The notes under the pieces are model-generated. The model was not told the origin of the DNA. It saw nothing but the letters and a program-made list of their open reading frames with translations, and searched no databases. 64,000 bases of DNA. It comes from an uncultured Planctomycetota bacterium (lineage in GTDB: Bacteria; Planctomycetota; Planctomycetia; Isosphaerales; Isosphaeraceae). The DNA lies in NCBI GenBank assembly GCA_963845755.1, contig CAWJTV010000031.1:224001-288000 (forward strand), written 5' to 3'. The translations under genes and the position numbers were made by a program. Below are positions 32,279 through 42,693 of the stretch, in pieces (position 1 is the stretch's first letter; each line of letters begins with the position of its first letter).

Positions 32279-33184
32279 ATGAGCGGTGGAAGCCAAGACG
32301 GACTCGACGACACGGAGCGACTCAAGGAGCTGGGGCATCTGGCCGCGGCCGTGGGACACAGCGTCATCAACGCGTTCAGCGCCGTCGTGAGCAACGCCGA
32401 GTTGATTCGTTCCCACGCCAGCGATCCTTCCTGCGATCGCGCTGAGCTGACGGCGCTGGCCGCAGCGATCATCGAAAACGCACTCGGTGCGTCCCACATA
32501 CCACGTCGCTTGATCGACTGGAGCCGACGCGTGACGTCGCCCGGCTTCGACCAGGTCGGCGACCCTCCGGCCTTGATCGACCTCAACCAACTAATCCGCG
32601 AGACGGTCGAGTCCCAGGACGGCGGGAACAGCTCCGTCGTGAAGTGGGCCCTGAACTTGAACCCGATCCCGATGATTCGCGGCAATGTGCCCCAGCTTCG
32701 CTCGCTGCTGGGCTACCTCATCCAGAATTCCCGCGAGGCTCTACCGAAAGGAGGCGGGACGATCACGTTTAGCACGAAGGTCGATCCGCGTAACTGGGTG
32801 ATCCTGGAAATCCAGGACACCGGCTGCGGCATGAACTCCGAGGTCCTGAAACGCGCGACCGAACCGTTCTTCACCACCAAGGTGGGGCGGAGTGGGAGCG
32901 GTCTAACCATCGCACATGGAATCTGGCGCCGTCACCGCGGTGCGCTCTCCATCGAGAGCCGTCCGGGAGACGGTACGTTGATCCGGTTAGCCGTAGAGGC
33001 GCCACCCGTGGACCCTCAGCCGCCGCGGACGGCAAAGACCATCGAACGACCCGGCGTTCTCCCTGTTCCCGCCGAGGCGGCCACCGCGGTCAAGGTGCCG
33101 GCGGAGCTCCCTCAGCCCGCGGAGGCGGTCACCGATGCGCCTGAAGCCGAGGCGGCTGGCTCGACTCCGGAAGGCCCGACCTGA
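32279..33184 (+). CDS. Histidine kinase core (HisKA-like + HATPase_c) without a sensor domain
   Basis: ERLKELGHLAAAVGHSVIN, LIQNSREA, IQDTGCGM, EPFFTTK, GSGL. Confidence 0.85.
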   Translation: MSGGSQDGLDDTERLKELGHLAAAVGHSVINAFSAVVSNAELIRSHASDPSCDRAELTALAAAIIENALGASHIPRRLIDWSRRVTSPGFDQVGDPPALIDLNQLIRETVESQDGGNSSVVKWALNLNPIPMIRGNVPQLRSLLGYLIQNSREALPKGGGTITFSTKVDPRNWVILEIQDTGCGMNSEVLKRATEPFFTTKVGRSGSGLTIAHGIWRRHRGALSIESRPGDGTLIRLAVEAPPVDPQPPRTAKTIERPGVLPVPAEAATAVKVPAELPQPAEAVTDAPEAEAAGSTPEGPT

Positions 33185-33300
33185 CTCCCCATTCGACCTA
33201 GTGGGGCCTCTCGCGGCCGATCTCCCCGCTGGCGTTCTCTGGGAGGCTCGAGCGCGATCGGATACGATACGTCCAGGCGATTCGCGCGAGGAACCTCATC

Positions 33301-34077
33301 ATGGCGAGCCCGTTCCCCGGGATGGATCCCTATCTCGAAGCCACTGGGCTCTGGGAGAGCTTCCACACAGTTCTGATCACCGGCTGTATGGCAACGCTCA
33401 ATCGCGTGTTGCCCGACAGCTATTTCGCCCAGGTGGAGACTCGTATCGAACTGGCGACCTTCGATCAACCCGAGTCCGACCGCCTTCCCGATCTTGTCGT
33501 TGGACGCGGAGACACGGAGTCTTCGAATCGCCCCGAAGCCGGAGGCAAGCGAATCGGGACGCTCGAGCCGACGACGATCCCGCTCGCCAAGCAAGAGACC
33601 GAAATCCGTGAAAGTTGGATCGAAATCCTCTATCTGCCCGACATGGAGGTCATCACAGTCATCGAGCTCCTCTCGCCGTCCAACGAGTTAGGGCCAGGAC
33701 GGGGCGACTACATGAAAAAGCGGAATGCGCTCATCGATCAGCCGGTCAACCTGGTCGAGATCGACCGGATTTCGAGCGGCAAGCGAATGCCCATGGCGAG
33801 GCCGTCACCGCCGGGTGATTACTTTGTGATCGTGGCCCGCACCGACCGTCGGCCCGATGCGGAGGTTTATAGCTGGACCCTGCGGCAGCCGTTGCCAACG
33901 GTTCCTGTCCCCCTCCGCGCGCCCGACGCCGATGTGTCTCTCGATCTGGCCGGTACTTTTGCAACCGCTTACAGAGAGGGTGCATATTCCCGCATCTTGC
34001 GCTATGGGAAACCCCTGCCCTTGAGATTTCCCATCGCTCCAGAGCACCGAGCCTGGGCCGAGACCATCGGGGCGTGA
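33301..34077 (+). CDS. DUF4058 family protein
   Basis: MASPFPGMDPYLE, VITVIELLSPSN, NLVEID, PLPTVPVPLRAPDADVSLDL. Confidence 0.9.
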   Translation: MASPFPGMDPYLEATGLWESFHTVLITGCMATLNRVLPDSYFAQVETRIELATFDQPESDRLPDLVVGRGDTESSNRPEAGGKRIGTLEPTTIPLAKQETEIRESWIEILYLPDMEVITVIELLSPSNELGPGRGDYMKKRNALIDQPVNLVEIDRISSGKRMPMARPSPPGDYFVIVARTDRRPDAEVYSWTLRQPLPTVPVPLRAPDADVSLDLAGTFATAYREGAYSRILRYGKPLPLRFPIAPEHRAWAETIGA

Positions 34078-34177
34078 ATTCGGCCGGTTCGCTCCGTTCG
34101 GTTCGCCGGTGCGGCTCCGCGTCCGAGATGGTACGATCAATCCCTGGTAACTGCGAGACTCGAACGAGGCCGGGGAC

Positions 34178-34783
34178 ATGATCGCGATCATTGATTATGG
34201 GATGGGCAATCTCCGGAGCGTCCAGAAGGCCATCGAGGCGGTTGGATCGGCGGCCGAGGTCACCTCGGATCCGGACCGCGTGCGGCGGGCGTCGAAAGTG
34301 GTGCTACCGGGCGTCGGTGCGTTCGCTGACGCCATGGCTGAACTGCGGCGCACCGGACTCGGGGACGCCTTCCGTGAGGCCGTGCAGGAGGGTAAGCCCT
34401 GCCTCGGCGTCTGCCTGGGCCTTCAGCTCCTGTTCGACGTCAGCCTGGAAGACGGCGAACATGCCGGGCTCGGGCTGCTCCGCGGTCACGTTGTCCGCTT
34501 CGAACCGCGGACCGGCCTGAAGATCCCTCACATGGGCTGGAATACCCTCCGCATCCGCCAGCCCGCTCCGCTGCTGGCGGGTCTGAGCGACTCGCCCTCG
34601 GTCTACTTCGTCCACTCGTACCATGCCCGGCCCGACGACCCTCAGGTCGTCGCCGCCGAGGCTGATTATCCCGGACCGTTCGCCGCGGTCGTCTGGCGCG
34701 ACAATCTCACGGCCTGCCAGTTCCACCCCGAGAAGAGCCAGGACATCGGACTGGCCATGTATGCCAACTTCGTTGGCTTCTGA
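34178..34783 (+). CDS. hisH: Imidazole glycerol phosphate synthase, glutaminase subunit
   Basis: IIDYGMGNLRSV, LPGVGAF, GVCLGLQLLF, KIPHMGWN, YFVHSY, QFHPEKS. Confidence 0.97.
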   Translation: MIAIIDYGMGNLRSVQKAIEAVGSAAEVTSDPDRVRRASKVVLPGVGAFADAMAELRRTGLGDAFREAVQEGKPCLGVCLGLQLLFDVSLEDGEHAGLGLLRGHVVRFEPRTGLKIPHMGWNTLRIRQPAPLLAGLSDSPSVYFVHSYHARPDDPQVVAAEADYPGPFAAVVWRDNLTACQFHPEKSQDIGLAMYANFVGF

Positions 34784-34817
34784 GCCGGGCTTCCCGCCTG
34801 CCAGCGTCCGAGGTCGT

Positions 34818-34880
34818 GGAACTGATCGCCGTGATCACACGTCGAAAAAAACTGTAACTTTGCGGCCCCTTGCGCAGTAT
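34818..34880 (+). promoter_or_regulatory. Two tandem ECF-type promoters upstream of the ECF gene
   Basis: GGAACTG-N16-GTCGAA (34818..34846) and TGTAAC-N17-AGTA (34853..34879). Confidence 0.5.
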
Positions 34881-34942
34881 CTCATAGACAGTAGCGTGTC
34901 GCACTGGGGCTCGGCTCAAGTCGTCGCTCGGAGAAGGTCGGC

Positions 34943-36690
34943 ATGCGGACCATGATGCAGGGCCAGTTCAGCGGTGCACTCGTCCAGCAGCTCGGACGGC
35001 TGTTCGAGCAAGGAACGGTGGTGGGCCTGTCGGAAGGCGAGTTGCTGGAACGGTTTAGCAACAGCCATGACGAATCCGCGTTCGAGGCTCTGTTGGCTCG
35101 GCACGGGCCGATGGTCCTCGGAGTCTGTCGACAGTTGCTCCGCGACCCCAACGACGTGGACGACGCTTTTCAGGCGACGTTCCTGGTCCTGGTCCGGAAA
35201 GCCGGCTCGCTCCGTCGTTGCGACTTGCTGGGGAACTGGCTCTATGGGGTCGCCTATCGGGTGGCGACCCGAGCTCGCGTCCTGGCGGCGCGGCGGATCG
35301 CGAAGGCCCCGTTCGGTCAGGCCACAGTCGACGGCCTCGATGCGAGCGGCAACGGGCCGGCCACGAACGGCGATTCGACGTGCGGCCTGGACCCGAATCC
35401 GCGGCCCTGGCTCCACGAGGAGGTCGCCCGGTTGCCGGAAAAGTATCGTGTCCCCGTACGACTCTGCTACTTCGAGGGGCTGACTCACGACGAGGCAGCC
35501 CAGCGACTCGGCTGGCCCCTGGGAACGGTCAAAGGGCGCTGTCCCGCGCTCGCGACCTGCTCCGTAGGCGATTAACTCGCCGGGGCGTGACTTTCTCGGC
35601 CGGCGCGCTCGCCTCTCAATTGGCTCTCGCCGACGCCAGGGCGGCGGTCCCCGATTCGCTGGAATATGCCACGCTCCAGGCCGCACTCGCGGTTGTCGAC
35701 GCGGCCAACGCTCCGATCGCGACCGTATCAAAGGTTTCCCTCTCCGTGGCTTCCTTGACTGAAGGAGTCTTGCAAACCATGATCATGACCCACGCTAAAT
35801 TCGTAGTAACATTGCTCGTCGTGTGTGCGGTGACCGCCGGCATGGTCATCGGTGCGACACAGATCACGCCGGGCGTGGAGGACAATGATCCTCTCAGCCC
35901 GGCTGCGTCGACGGCCGTCGAACAGAAGTCGTCGCCGGAGTCCGTGAAGGTTCAATTGAAGAAGGCCATCAGCCCCCGTACGAAAGGCGCCGCGGGAGGC
36001 GGCGAATCCGCGCAGGGCCGCATGATGGGCGGCGGAATGGGCCCCATGATGGGTGGTGGAATGGGCGGCGGAATGGGCGGCGGAATGGGCGGCGGAATGG
36101 GCGGCGGCGGAATGGGCGGTGGAATGGGCATGGGCCCCATGATGGGCGGCGGCCGGACTATGACGGATGGTGCGCTGGTGGGTCTCGATTCGGTCGAGGA
36201 GGCTCAACAAGTGCGTCGCCGCCTGGAAATTGCCCAGTTGGCCGCGGCTCTGCCCACCTGGGGAAAAAACCCAAAGAACGAGGCGACCCTCAAGAGGTTG
36301 GAGGAACCCATCACGATGTCCTTTCCTCAGGAGACTCCCCTCAAGGACGTGCTCAAGTACATCCAGGGCGCACTGGCGAAGTCCGGCGGGCAACCGATCC
36401 CAATCTACCTCGATCCGCTCGGCCTCCAGCAAATGGAACGGACCATCGATTCGACGGTAACCATCGATCTGGAGGGCGCTCCCCTCAAGACGTCCTTGCG
36501 ATTGATCCTCAGGCAACTGAGTTTGGCTTACTGTGTCCGTGATGGCGTATTGATCATCAGCTCGCCGCAAGGCATCCGGGAGGAACTGTCGGAAGCCGCT
36601 CGCGAGTTGCTGGGCGCCGGAAACCGAGACGACATCGATCTGCGACTGTTGGCGCCACTTCCGGTCAGTCCGCGAGCGAACCTGCAATGA
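34943..36690 (+). CDS. ECF sigma-70 factor with C-terminal TM + GGM repeats + STN-like domain; frameshift near 35540
   Basis: AFEALLARHGPMVLGVCR, DDAFQATFLVL, LPEKYR..YFEGLTHDEAA..WPLGTVKGR, LRRRLTRRG; C-terminal ETPLKDVLKYI..AYCVRDGVLIISS. Confidence 0.88.
36022..36153 (+). repeat. ATGGGCGGCGGA-type 12-bp tandem repeats encoding (MGGG)n
   Basis: MMGGGMGPMMGGGMGGGMGGGMGGGMGGGGMGGGMGMGPMMGGG. Confidence 0.9.
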
Positions 36691-36738
36691 GCGGTCTCTT
36701 TGTCTGTTGCCGCCCTAACCGATGGAGTCTCTCACACC

Positions 36739-37635
36739 ATGATCGCGACAAGAATCAAGACTCTTGCCCTGTCGTTCTTCATCGTTTGCGCGGTGACCGC
36801 CGGAATGGTCATCGGTGCCTCCCAGATCACGCCCCGGAAGGCGGAGACCGTTCCATCCAGCCAGGCCGCATCGACCACCGTTGAAGCGAAAACCGCACCG
36901 GTGGCGCAGCAGGTCCCATCCCCAGAGGTTGCCAAGGCCCAAGTTTTCCCCGCGACGGCCACCACGGAGCACGCCGTAGGCAACTCGGCCCCCACCGTCC
37001 CCGCCGACGACGGTGCTCCTCCGCCGGGAAGGACGATGCGCATGACCATGATGGAAGGCGCCTTCGGAGGCGATGCCGGTGGCGGGGAGGGGAATTCGGA
37101 ATTCCGGCAGCGACTGGATATTACCCAGTTGGCCGCCGCGCTGCCAACCTGGGAGAAAAACCCCAAGAACGATGTCATCCTCAAGAAACTTGAGACACCC
37201 ATCCCGATGAACTTCCCCAACGAGACTCCGCTCGACGATGTGCTCAAGTACATCAAGACCTCACTCGCGAAACACGAGCATCCGCTTCCGATCTACGTCG
37301 ATCCCATGGGTCTACAACAAGCTGAGCGATCCATGAACTCGACCATACAGATCGACCTGGAGGGTGTCCCGCTCAAGACGTCGTTACGACTGGTGCTCAA
37401 ACAACTGGGTCTGGCCTACTGCGTCCGCGATGGCGTGCTGATCATCTCCTCGGTACAAGGCGTCCGCGAGGAGCTGGCAGAAGCCGCTCGCGAGCTAATG
37501 GGCACGGGGAACGATAAAGTCGACATGCGGTTGTTGGCACCCATGGGCATCCTCCCGAGATCGATGGGCGGAATGGGCGGAGGCATGGGCGGAATGGGCG
37601 GAGGCATGAGGGGTGGGATGGGCGGAATGATGTGA
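36739..37635 (+). CDS. Sigma-less paralogue of the ECF C-terminal module (TM/signal + STN-like + GGM tail)
   Basis: VCAVTAGMVIGASQITP and ETPLDDVLKYI..AYCVRDGVLIISS closely match the upstream gene. Confidence 0.85.
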   Translation: MIATRIKTLALSFFIVCAVTAGMVIGASQITPRKAETVPSSQAASTTVEAKTAPVAQQVPSPEVAKAQVFPATATTEHAVGNSAPTVPADDGAPPPGRTMRMTMMEGAFGGDAGGGEGNSEFRQRLDITQLAAALPTWEKNPKNDVILKKLETPIPMNFPNETPLDDVLKYIKTSLAKHEHPLPIYVDPMGLQQAERSMNSTIQIDLEGVPLKTSLRLVLKQLGLAYCVRDGVLIISSVQGVREELAEAARELMGTGNDKVDMRLLAPMGILPRSMGGMGGGMGGMGGGMRGGMGGMM

Positions 37636-37647
37636 CTCGCATTCCGT

Positions 37648-39356
37648 TCAATCGATCATCGTCAGTCCCTCGCTCATGGTTCCGGCATCGGGATCGCGGG
37701 CCATGGGGAGCTCGATGAAAAAGGCCGCACCTTGACCAAGGCGGGACTGAACGACGATCTTGCCGCCGTGCTCGCGGATGATCTTCTGCGAGACGGGCAA
37801 TCCCAGGCCGGTCCCGCTGGAGCCCTTGGTCGAGGCGAAGATCTGGAAGATGGACGGGATGTCGGCCTCGTCAATTCCCGGGCCGTTGTCGGCGATGATG
37901 ATCCGGGCCTGCGACCGGTCGTCGTCCCATTCGGTCCGGATTTCGACCTGGGCGTCGGGTGAGCCTTCGCTGGCATCGATGGCGTTGGTGACGATGTTGA
38001 GTACGGCACGATGGATGCCCTCGGGATCGATCAGGACCCTCGAGAGATTCGCACCGGGTTGCCATAGCAGGCGCACGCCCAGCTCCTGGCGCGAGATTGC
38101 ATCAGCTCGAAGACTTCGCCAACAGTCTCGTTGAGGTCGGCAGGCTCCAGGGCCGGCTCGCGGTCCTTGGAGAACGAGAGCATATCCATGACCATGTTGT
38201 AGATGCGCGTCTGGTTCTTCTCGACAATCGTCCAGCCGCGGCGGACGATCGACTCGTCCTTCTCGTTCAGGCCGAGGTCGATCAGGTAGCTGCCGCTGCG
38301 GATGCCCTGGAGGATGTTCTTGATGTGGTGTGAGAGCGTGGCGATGGTCTGGCCAACGGCGGCCAGCCGCTCGGCCTGGATCTTGTCGTTGTAGAACAGG
38401 GTGTTCTCGATAGCCAGACCGGCCTGGTGGCCGATGGCGACCATGAGCATGAGCTGGTCCTGAGTGAAGCGGGTGCTCGGGCTGCGCCCGCCGACGGCAG
38501 CCATGGCGAAGCCGGCCCCGGCGAGGGTATCGGCGTAGAGGACGCCCAGGGTCGTGTGTCGTCCCTGGATCGGCACGCAAATCGCCTCGCGGATCTGATA
38601 GTCGACGATCGACTGCGCGGGGCTGAACCGCTTGTCGCTAGGCGCGTCGGACGTAATGACGCCCTCGCCCTTTTCCAGGACGTAGTCGACGATCGTGCGC
38701 GAAATCGTCATGCGCTCGTCCGGCAGTTCCGGCTCGCGCCATCGCACCGCCTTGGGAACGAGCTGGCCGGTGTCATCCTTCAGCAGGATGGCACCGCGGT
38801 CCGCGCTGATCGATTCGAAGACCAGCTCGAGGATCTGAGGCGAGAGCGCGTTGATATCCAGGACGTTGCTGATCGCCTGGGTGGCGCGGTACATGATCGA
38901 CAGCGGCTTGAGGCGCTCGCGCAACCAGGCACCGGCGGCGTCCGGGGCCTGCAAGACCCGCGAACCCTCGTCCGAGGGGATCCTGCGGAGGATCGCCGAG
39001 CGATCGTCCGGGCTGCTCCGCGTCAGGAGGTCCACGCGGGCCGTCAGGTCGCGTTGCGAGCCGGCGCTCCCGTCGTGAAACAGCATCACCGTCTGCCCGA
39101 GCTGGACCCGGTCCCCCGAATTCAGCGCCGTCCGGTTGACCGGGTGGTCGTTGACGTAGGTCCCATTGGCCGAGCCCAGGTCGACGATCTGATACCCGTT
39201 CGGATTGAGCCGGACCTCGGCGTGTCGGCGAGAGACTTCATTATCGTGGAGCTGCACGGCATTCGAGTTGTCCCTGCCCATGGCGACGGGACCGGAGGTG
39301 AACTCGAACCGCTTTCCCTGGTCGGCCCCTTGGCTGATCACGAACAAGGAAGCCAC
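37648..39356 (-). CDS. FHA-GAF-HisKA-HATPase histidine kinase; frameshift near 38095
   Basis: GRD..EVSRRHA..DLGSANGT (FHA), AICVPI..LGVLYAD (GAF), LSHHIKNIL, DNGPGI, GTGLGL. Confidence 0.9.
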
Positions 39357-39575
39357 GAGGCAATGTCTCCTCGTCTCGGGTGACTTGGCGCGCGGAAGTT
39401 CTGCGCAGAGTGAAAGTAACGTATCCGTCGAATGGCGTCAAGCCGGTGGAGGCCGACATTGCGACTCTCAACACCGAGAAGAACTGGCGCAACACCTTGA
39501 AAAACCATGGCTTACACGATACCGTCACGACGATGGAAAGTGGCGTTCTGCCGACCCCTGTCGCAAGGAGTCCGA

Positions 39576-40628
39576 ATGCGTCTGGCTCGGATGATTCAAG
39601 CCGTGGACGCCCACGCCTGCGGAGAACCCGGTCGCGTGATTGTGGGGGGCGTGCTGGACGTGCCCGGTCGCACGATGTTCGAGAAAATGCAGTATCTCCA
39701 GAACCACGCCGACGGCCTGCGCAAGCTGATGCTGCGCGAGCCGCGAGGCTATCCGGCGGCGAACTGCAACCTGATCCTTCCGCCGACGCAACCCGGCGCC
39801 GCGGCGGGCTACGTCATCATGGAACAGACGGAATACCCGGGTATGTCCGGGACGAACACCATCTGCGTGACGACCGTCCTCCTCGAGACGGGCATGGTGC
39901 CAATGCGCGAGCCGGTCACCGATCTGACACTGGAGTCGCCGGCCGGTCTGATTCACGTCCGGGCTCAGTGCGCCGGCGGCAAAGTCCGGCAGGTCACGTT
40001 CCGCAACGTGCCGGCGTTTGCCGTGCATCTGGCCAGGCCGATCGAGGTACCACACCTTGGCACGGTCGTCGTGGACGTCGCCTACGGCGGAATGTTCTAC
40101 GTGATCGCCGAAGCCGCTCCCTTCGGCCTGCACCTCACACCCGATGAAGGGCGGGAGATCGTGCGGATCGGCGAGATGATCAAGGCCGCGGCCCAGGAGC
40201 AGCTTCCTGTCGAGCATCCCACGCAGGCCGGGTTCACGGGGGTGACGATCGCGATCCTGACCGCGCCGCCCACGAGTCCCGAAGCGCATTCGAAGAACGC
40301 CGTGATCGTGTCGACCGGCCGGCTGGACTGGGATCGTCCTTCGACGTGGACCGGTGCCATTGATCGATCCCCCTGCGGCACCGGCACCTGTGCCCGGATG
40401 GCCGTCCTTCATGCCCGGGGTGAGTTGCTCCTGAATGAGGATTTCCATCATGAGGGAATCCTGGGGACCCTCTTCACGGGCCGGCTGGTGGGAGAGACTC
40501 AGGTCGGACCCTATCCCGCGGTCATCCCAACCATTAGCGGTCGGGCCTGGATCACCGGCTTCTGCAACTATGTGCTCGAAGATGACGATCCGTTCCCCGA
40601 GGGATTCACGCTCGGCGACATCTGGTGA
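39576..40628 (+). CDS. Proline racemase superfamily protein (Ser/Cys catalytic pair)
   Basis: VDAHACGEPGRV, LREPRG, MSGTN, DVAYGG, DRSPCGTGT. Confidence 0.92.
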   Translation: MRLARMIQAVDAHACGEPGRVIVGGVLDVPGRTMFEKMQYLQNHADGLRKLMLREPRGYPAANCNLILPPTQPGAAAGYVIMEQTEYPGMSGTNTICVTTVLLETGMVPMREPVTDLTLESPAGLIHVRAQCAGGKVRQVTFRNVPAFAVHLARPIEVPHLGTVVVDVAYGGMFYVIAEAAPFGLHLTPDEGREIVRIGEMIKAAAQEQLPVEHPTQAGFTGVTIAILTAPPTSPEAHSKNAVIVSTGRLDWDRPSTWTGAIDRSPCGTGTCARMAVLHARGELLLNEDFHHEGILGTLFTGRLVGETQVGPYPAVIPTISGRAWITGFCNYVLEDDDPFPEGFTLGDIW

Positions 40629-40859
40629 GCGATCGCAAGTGGTTTTTGAAAACCGTTCGGAGTACGCACTTGAACAGGACCATCTGAGCGAGCCTAATAG
40701 ATTCAGAGAAGCCCGCACCGTGAAAATGGTAGGGTAGCCTGTGGGTACCGGGACGCAGGCATTTGCGCTGGGAGTACCGCCACGGCGGACGCTTGCGCCG
40801 CGCTACTCATAGCGCACCCTAAGAACCGCCGATCGATCCGAGTCGAGGAGGAAGCCTAG

Positions 40860-41235
40860 ATGTCCGGACAGGTGAACGCTCAAATTGCTTACGAGCCGAT
40901 CAACAACCCTAGTGCCGTGATCATCGAGTTTCTCAGCCACGAGATAGCCGATCCCGAGCATTCCTCGGGCCTCAGCCGGCAACTCGCCGCGCTGGTCCGG
41001 CCCGATCTGCCCAATCGTTACGTGCTCGACTTCCAGAAGGTCCGGATCTTCTCCAGCACGGCCTTCGGCGGCGCTGGTCAGCTTCGTGCTCAAGGTCCGC
41101 AAGACGGGCGGCGTGGTCGTGATCTGCAATATGGACGAGTTTATTCGATTCGGTGCCGATATCATCCGCCTGGGCGATTACGCGCCGATCGTCGAAGACC
41201 GCCGGATGGCCCTCGATCACCTCTCGACCGGTTGA
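40860..41235 (+). CDS. STAS-domain anti-sigma antagonist-like protein; frameshift near 41070
   Basis: YVLDFQKVRIFSSTAFG then ALVSFVLKVRKTGGVVVICN. Confidence 0.75.
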
Positions 41236-41248
41236 TCACACGTTGTGG

Positions 41249-42659
41249 TCAGTCTCGGCCTGGTGTTGACGTTCCCGCATCCAATGAAGCCTCCGCATAG
41301 AGATCCTTGAGCAGCCGTACGGCGGCTGCGACCAAGCGCTCGCCCGACCCCTCGGCGCATCGAGCGCTGATGACCTCATAGTTGCCCTGGGCATAAGCGC
41401 GGCGGGCGGGGATGTAGCCGATCGACCCATTGGCCAGCTCGGCGATGATCGTTCGCGGAAACGGAGAATCTTGCTTGATCGCCAACCCCAGCTCGGTGAA
41501 GATCTCGCCGGGGAGTGAGACCCAGGCGAGGCCATGGCCGAGCGCGACGACCTGGACTTCGACCTCCTGAGGCCGGCCCTCCCGTGAGGCGACGTCCCGC
41601 GTCTTGAACGCCGCGACCGTCTCGAGGAATGTTGGGCGAGGCGCCTTCGCGTCTGCGAGTTGACCGATGACGACTTGCGCTTTGGACCGATCCGATTCAC
41701 TGATCTCGGGAAGTGCCAGCAAGACGCGCTCGCTCTTGACGCGCAATGTTGTGGAATTGACCGGCTCCAGATGCGGCCAGGTGCGCAAGACCTCAGCGGC
41801 GAGGATGGTACCCATCCGCGCGGGATTCCCGAAGCCACGTTGGGGTTCGCGCCAATGGACGTCGATATGATTGACGTCGCCACAGCAGCCCGCGGAGAAC
41901 AGCGTGATCATCTCCGGGCCCTGGAAATCGGCCATACAACGGGCCAGCGTGTAGGGCAGATCGGCTGAGATCGTCGGTTGACCCACGTTGTCCAGATGGA
42001 CGGCGTAATTGACGTATGTCGCCAGCGGCTTCCCGACGGACGACTCGAAGAAGACGACGGGGACCTCCGGGTCGATCGGTCCGGCCGGTTTGAGGATATT
42101 CGGATTCAGCTTGCCCGGATTCCAGCCAACCGTGCCGTCCCGCATGTGATAGCGGCGGTTGAAGGCGATCGACGCCTCTCGCCCGCTTGCGGCGCGTACC
42201 GTGGCGGGCGCGAGCCGGCCCTCCGCACGACGCACGGCTTCGGCGATCCTGGCCGGCAACGCGGCCAGATACTCATCGACCACCTTCGCCTGGCCGCCGA
42301 AGGCGCTCTTGCGATCGACGACCGGCCCGGTGTGGGTGTGCGTGGCGCTGATCATGACGTCATGCGCCGCGCACCCGGGTGGTCCGCTCGATCTCTCGAC
42401 GCGCCGCCTCGACGATGTCTCGAGGTGTGGTGATCAGATCGAGGACGACCAGCGCCGCAGACCGGCCGCCGGCCTCCAACACGATCGCCTTGGCCTGAAG
42501 ATCGTCGTGCACGCCCTGGGCACCCCGTTCGGAGTAATATCCGGCCATGGGGATGCCGGTAGGCGGAGTGATCGGGACTGCGGCCGCCCCGACGCGCAAC
42601 TCGGCGGACCAGGTCGGCGCGGCGATGGCCGCCCACAGAATCAGAGCTAAGATTCTCAT
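41249..42659 (-). CDS. Neutral/alkaline ceramidase-like secreted protein; frameshift near 42360
   Basis: Signal peptide, ITPPTGIPMAGY, HDDLQAKA, ISATHTHTGP, FNRR, NYAVH, PGEIFTELGLAIK, GYIP. Confidence 0.85.
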
Positions 42660-42693
42660 CGTCGGTGTGACTCCACGAGTATCATTCGGAGGA

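Noticed and set aside
33301..34077. DUF4058 as part of a defence system
   Set aside because: A solitary member of a family that is commonly expanded in planctomycetes, with no partner genes nearby.
36022..36153. CRISPR array
   Set aside because: Short coding tandem repeats without unique spacers; no cas genes.
36688..36690. Selenocysteine recoding of the UGA between the ECF modules
   Set aside because: No Cys-aligned or redox context and no SECIS-like hairpin recognised directly downstream.
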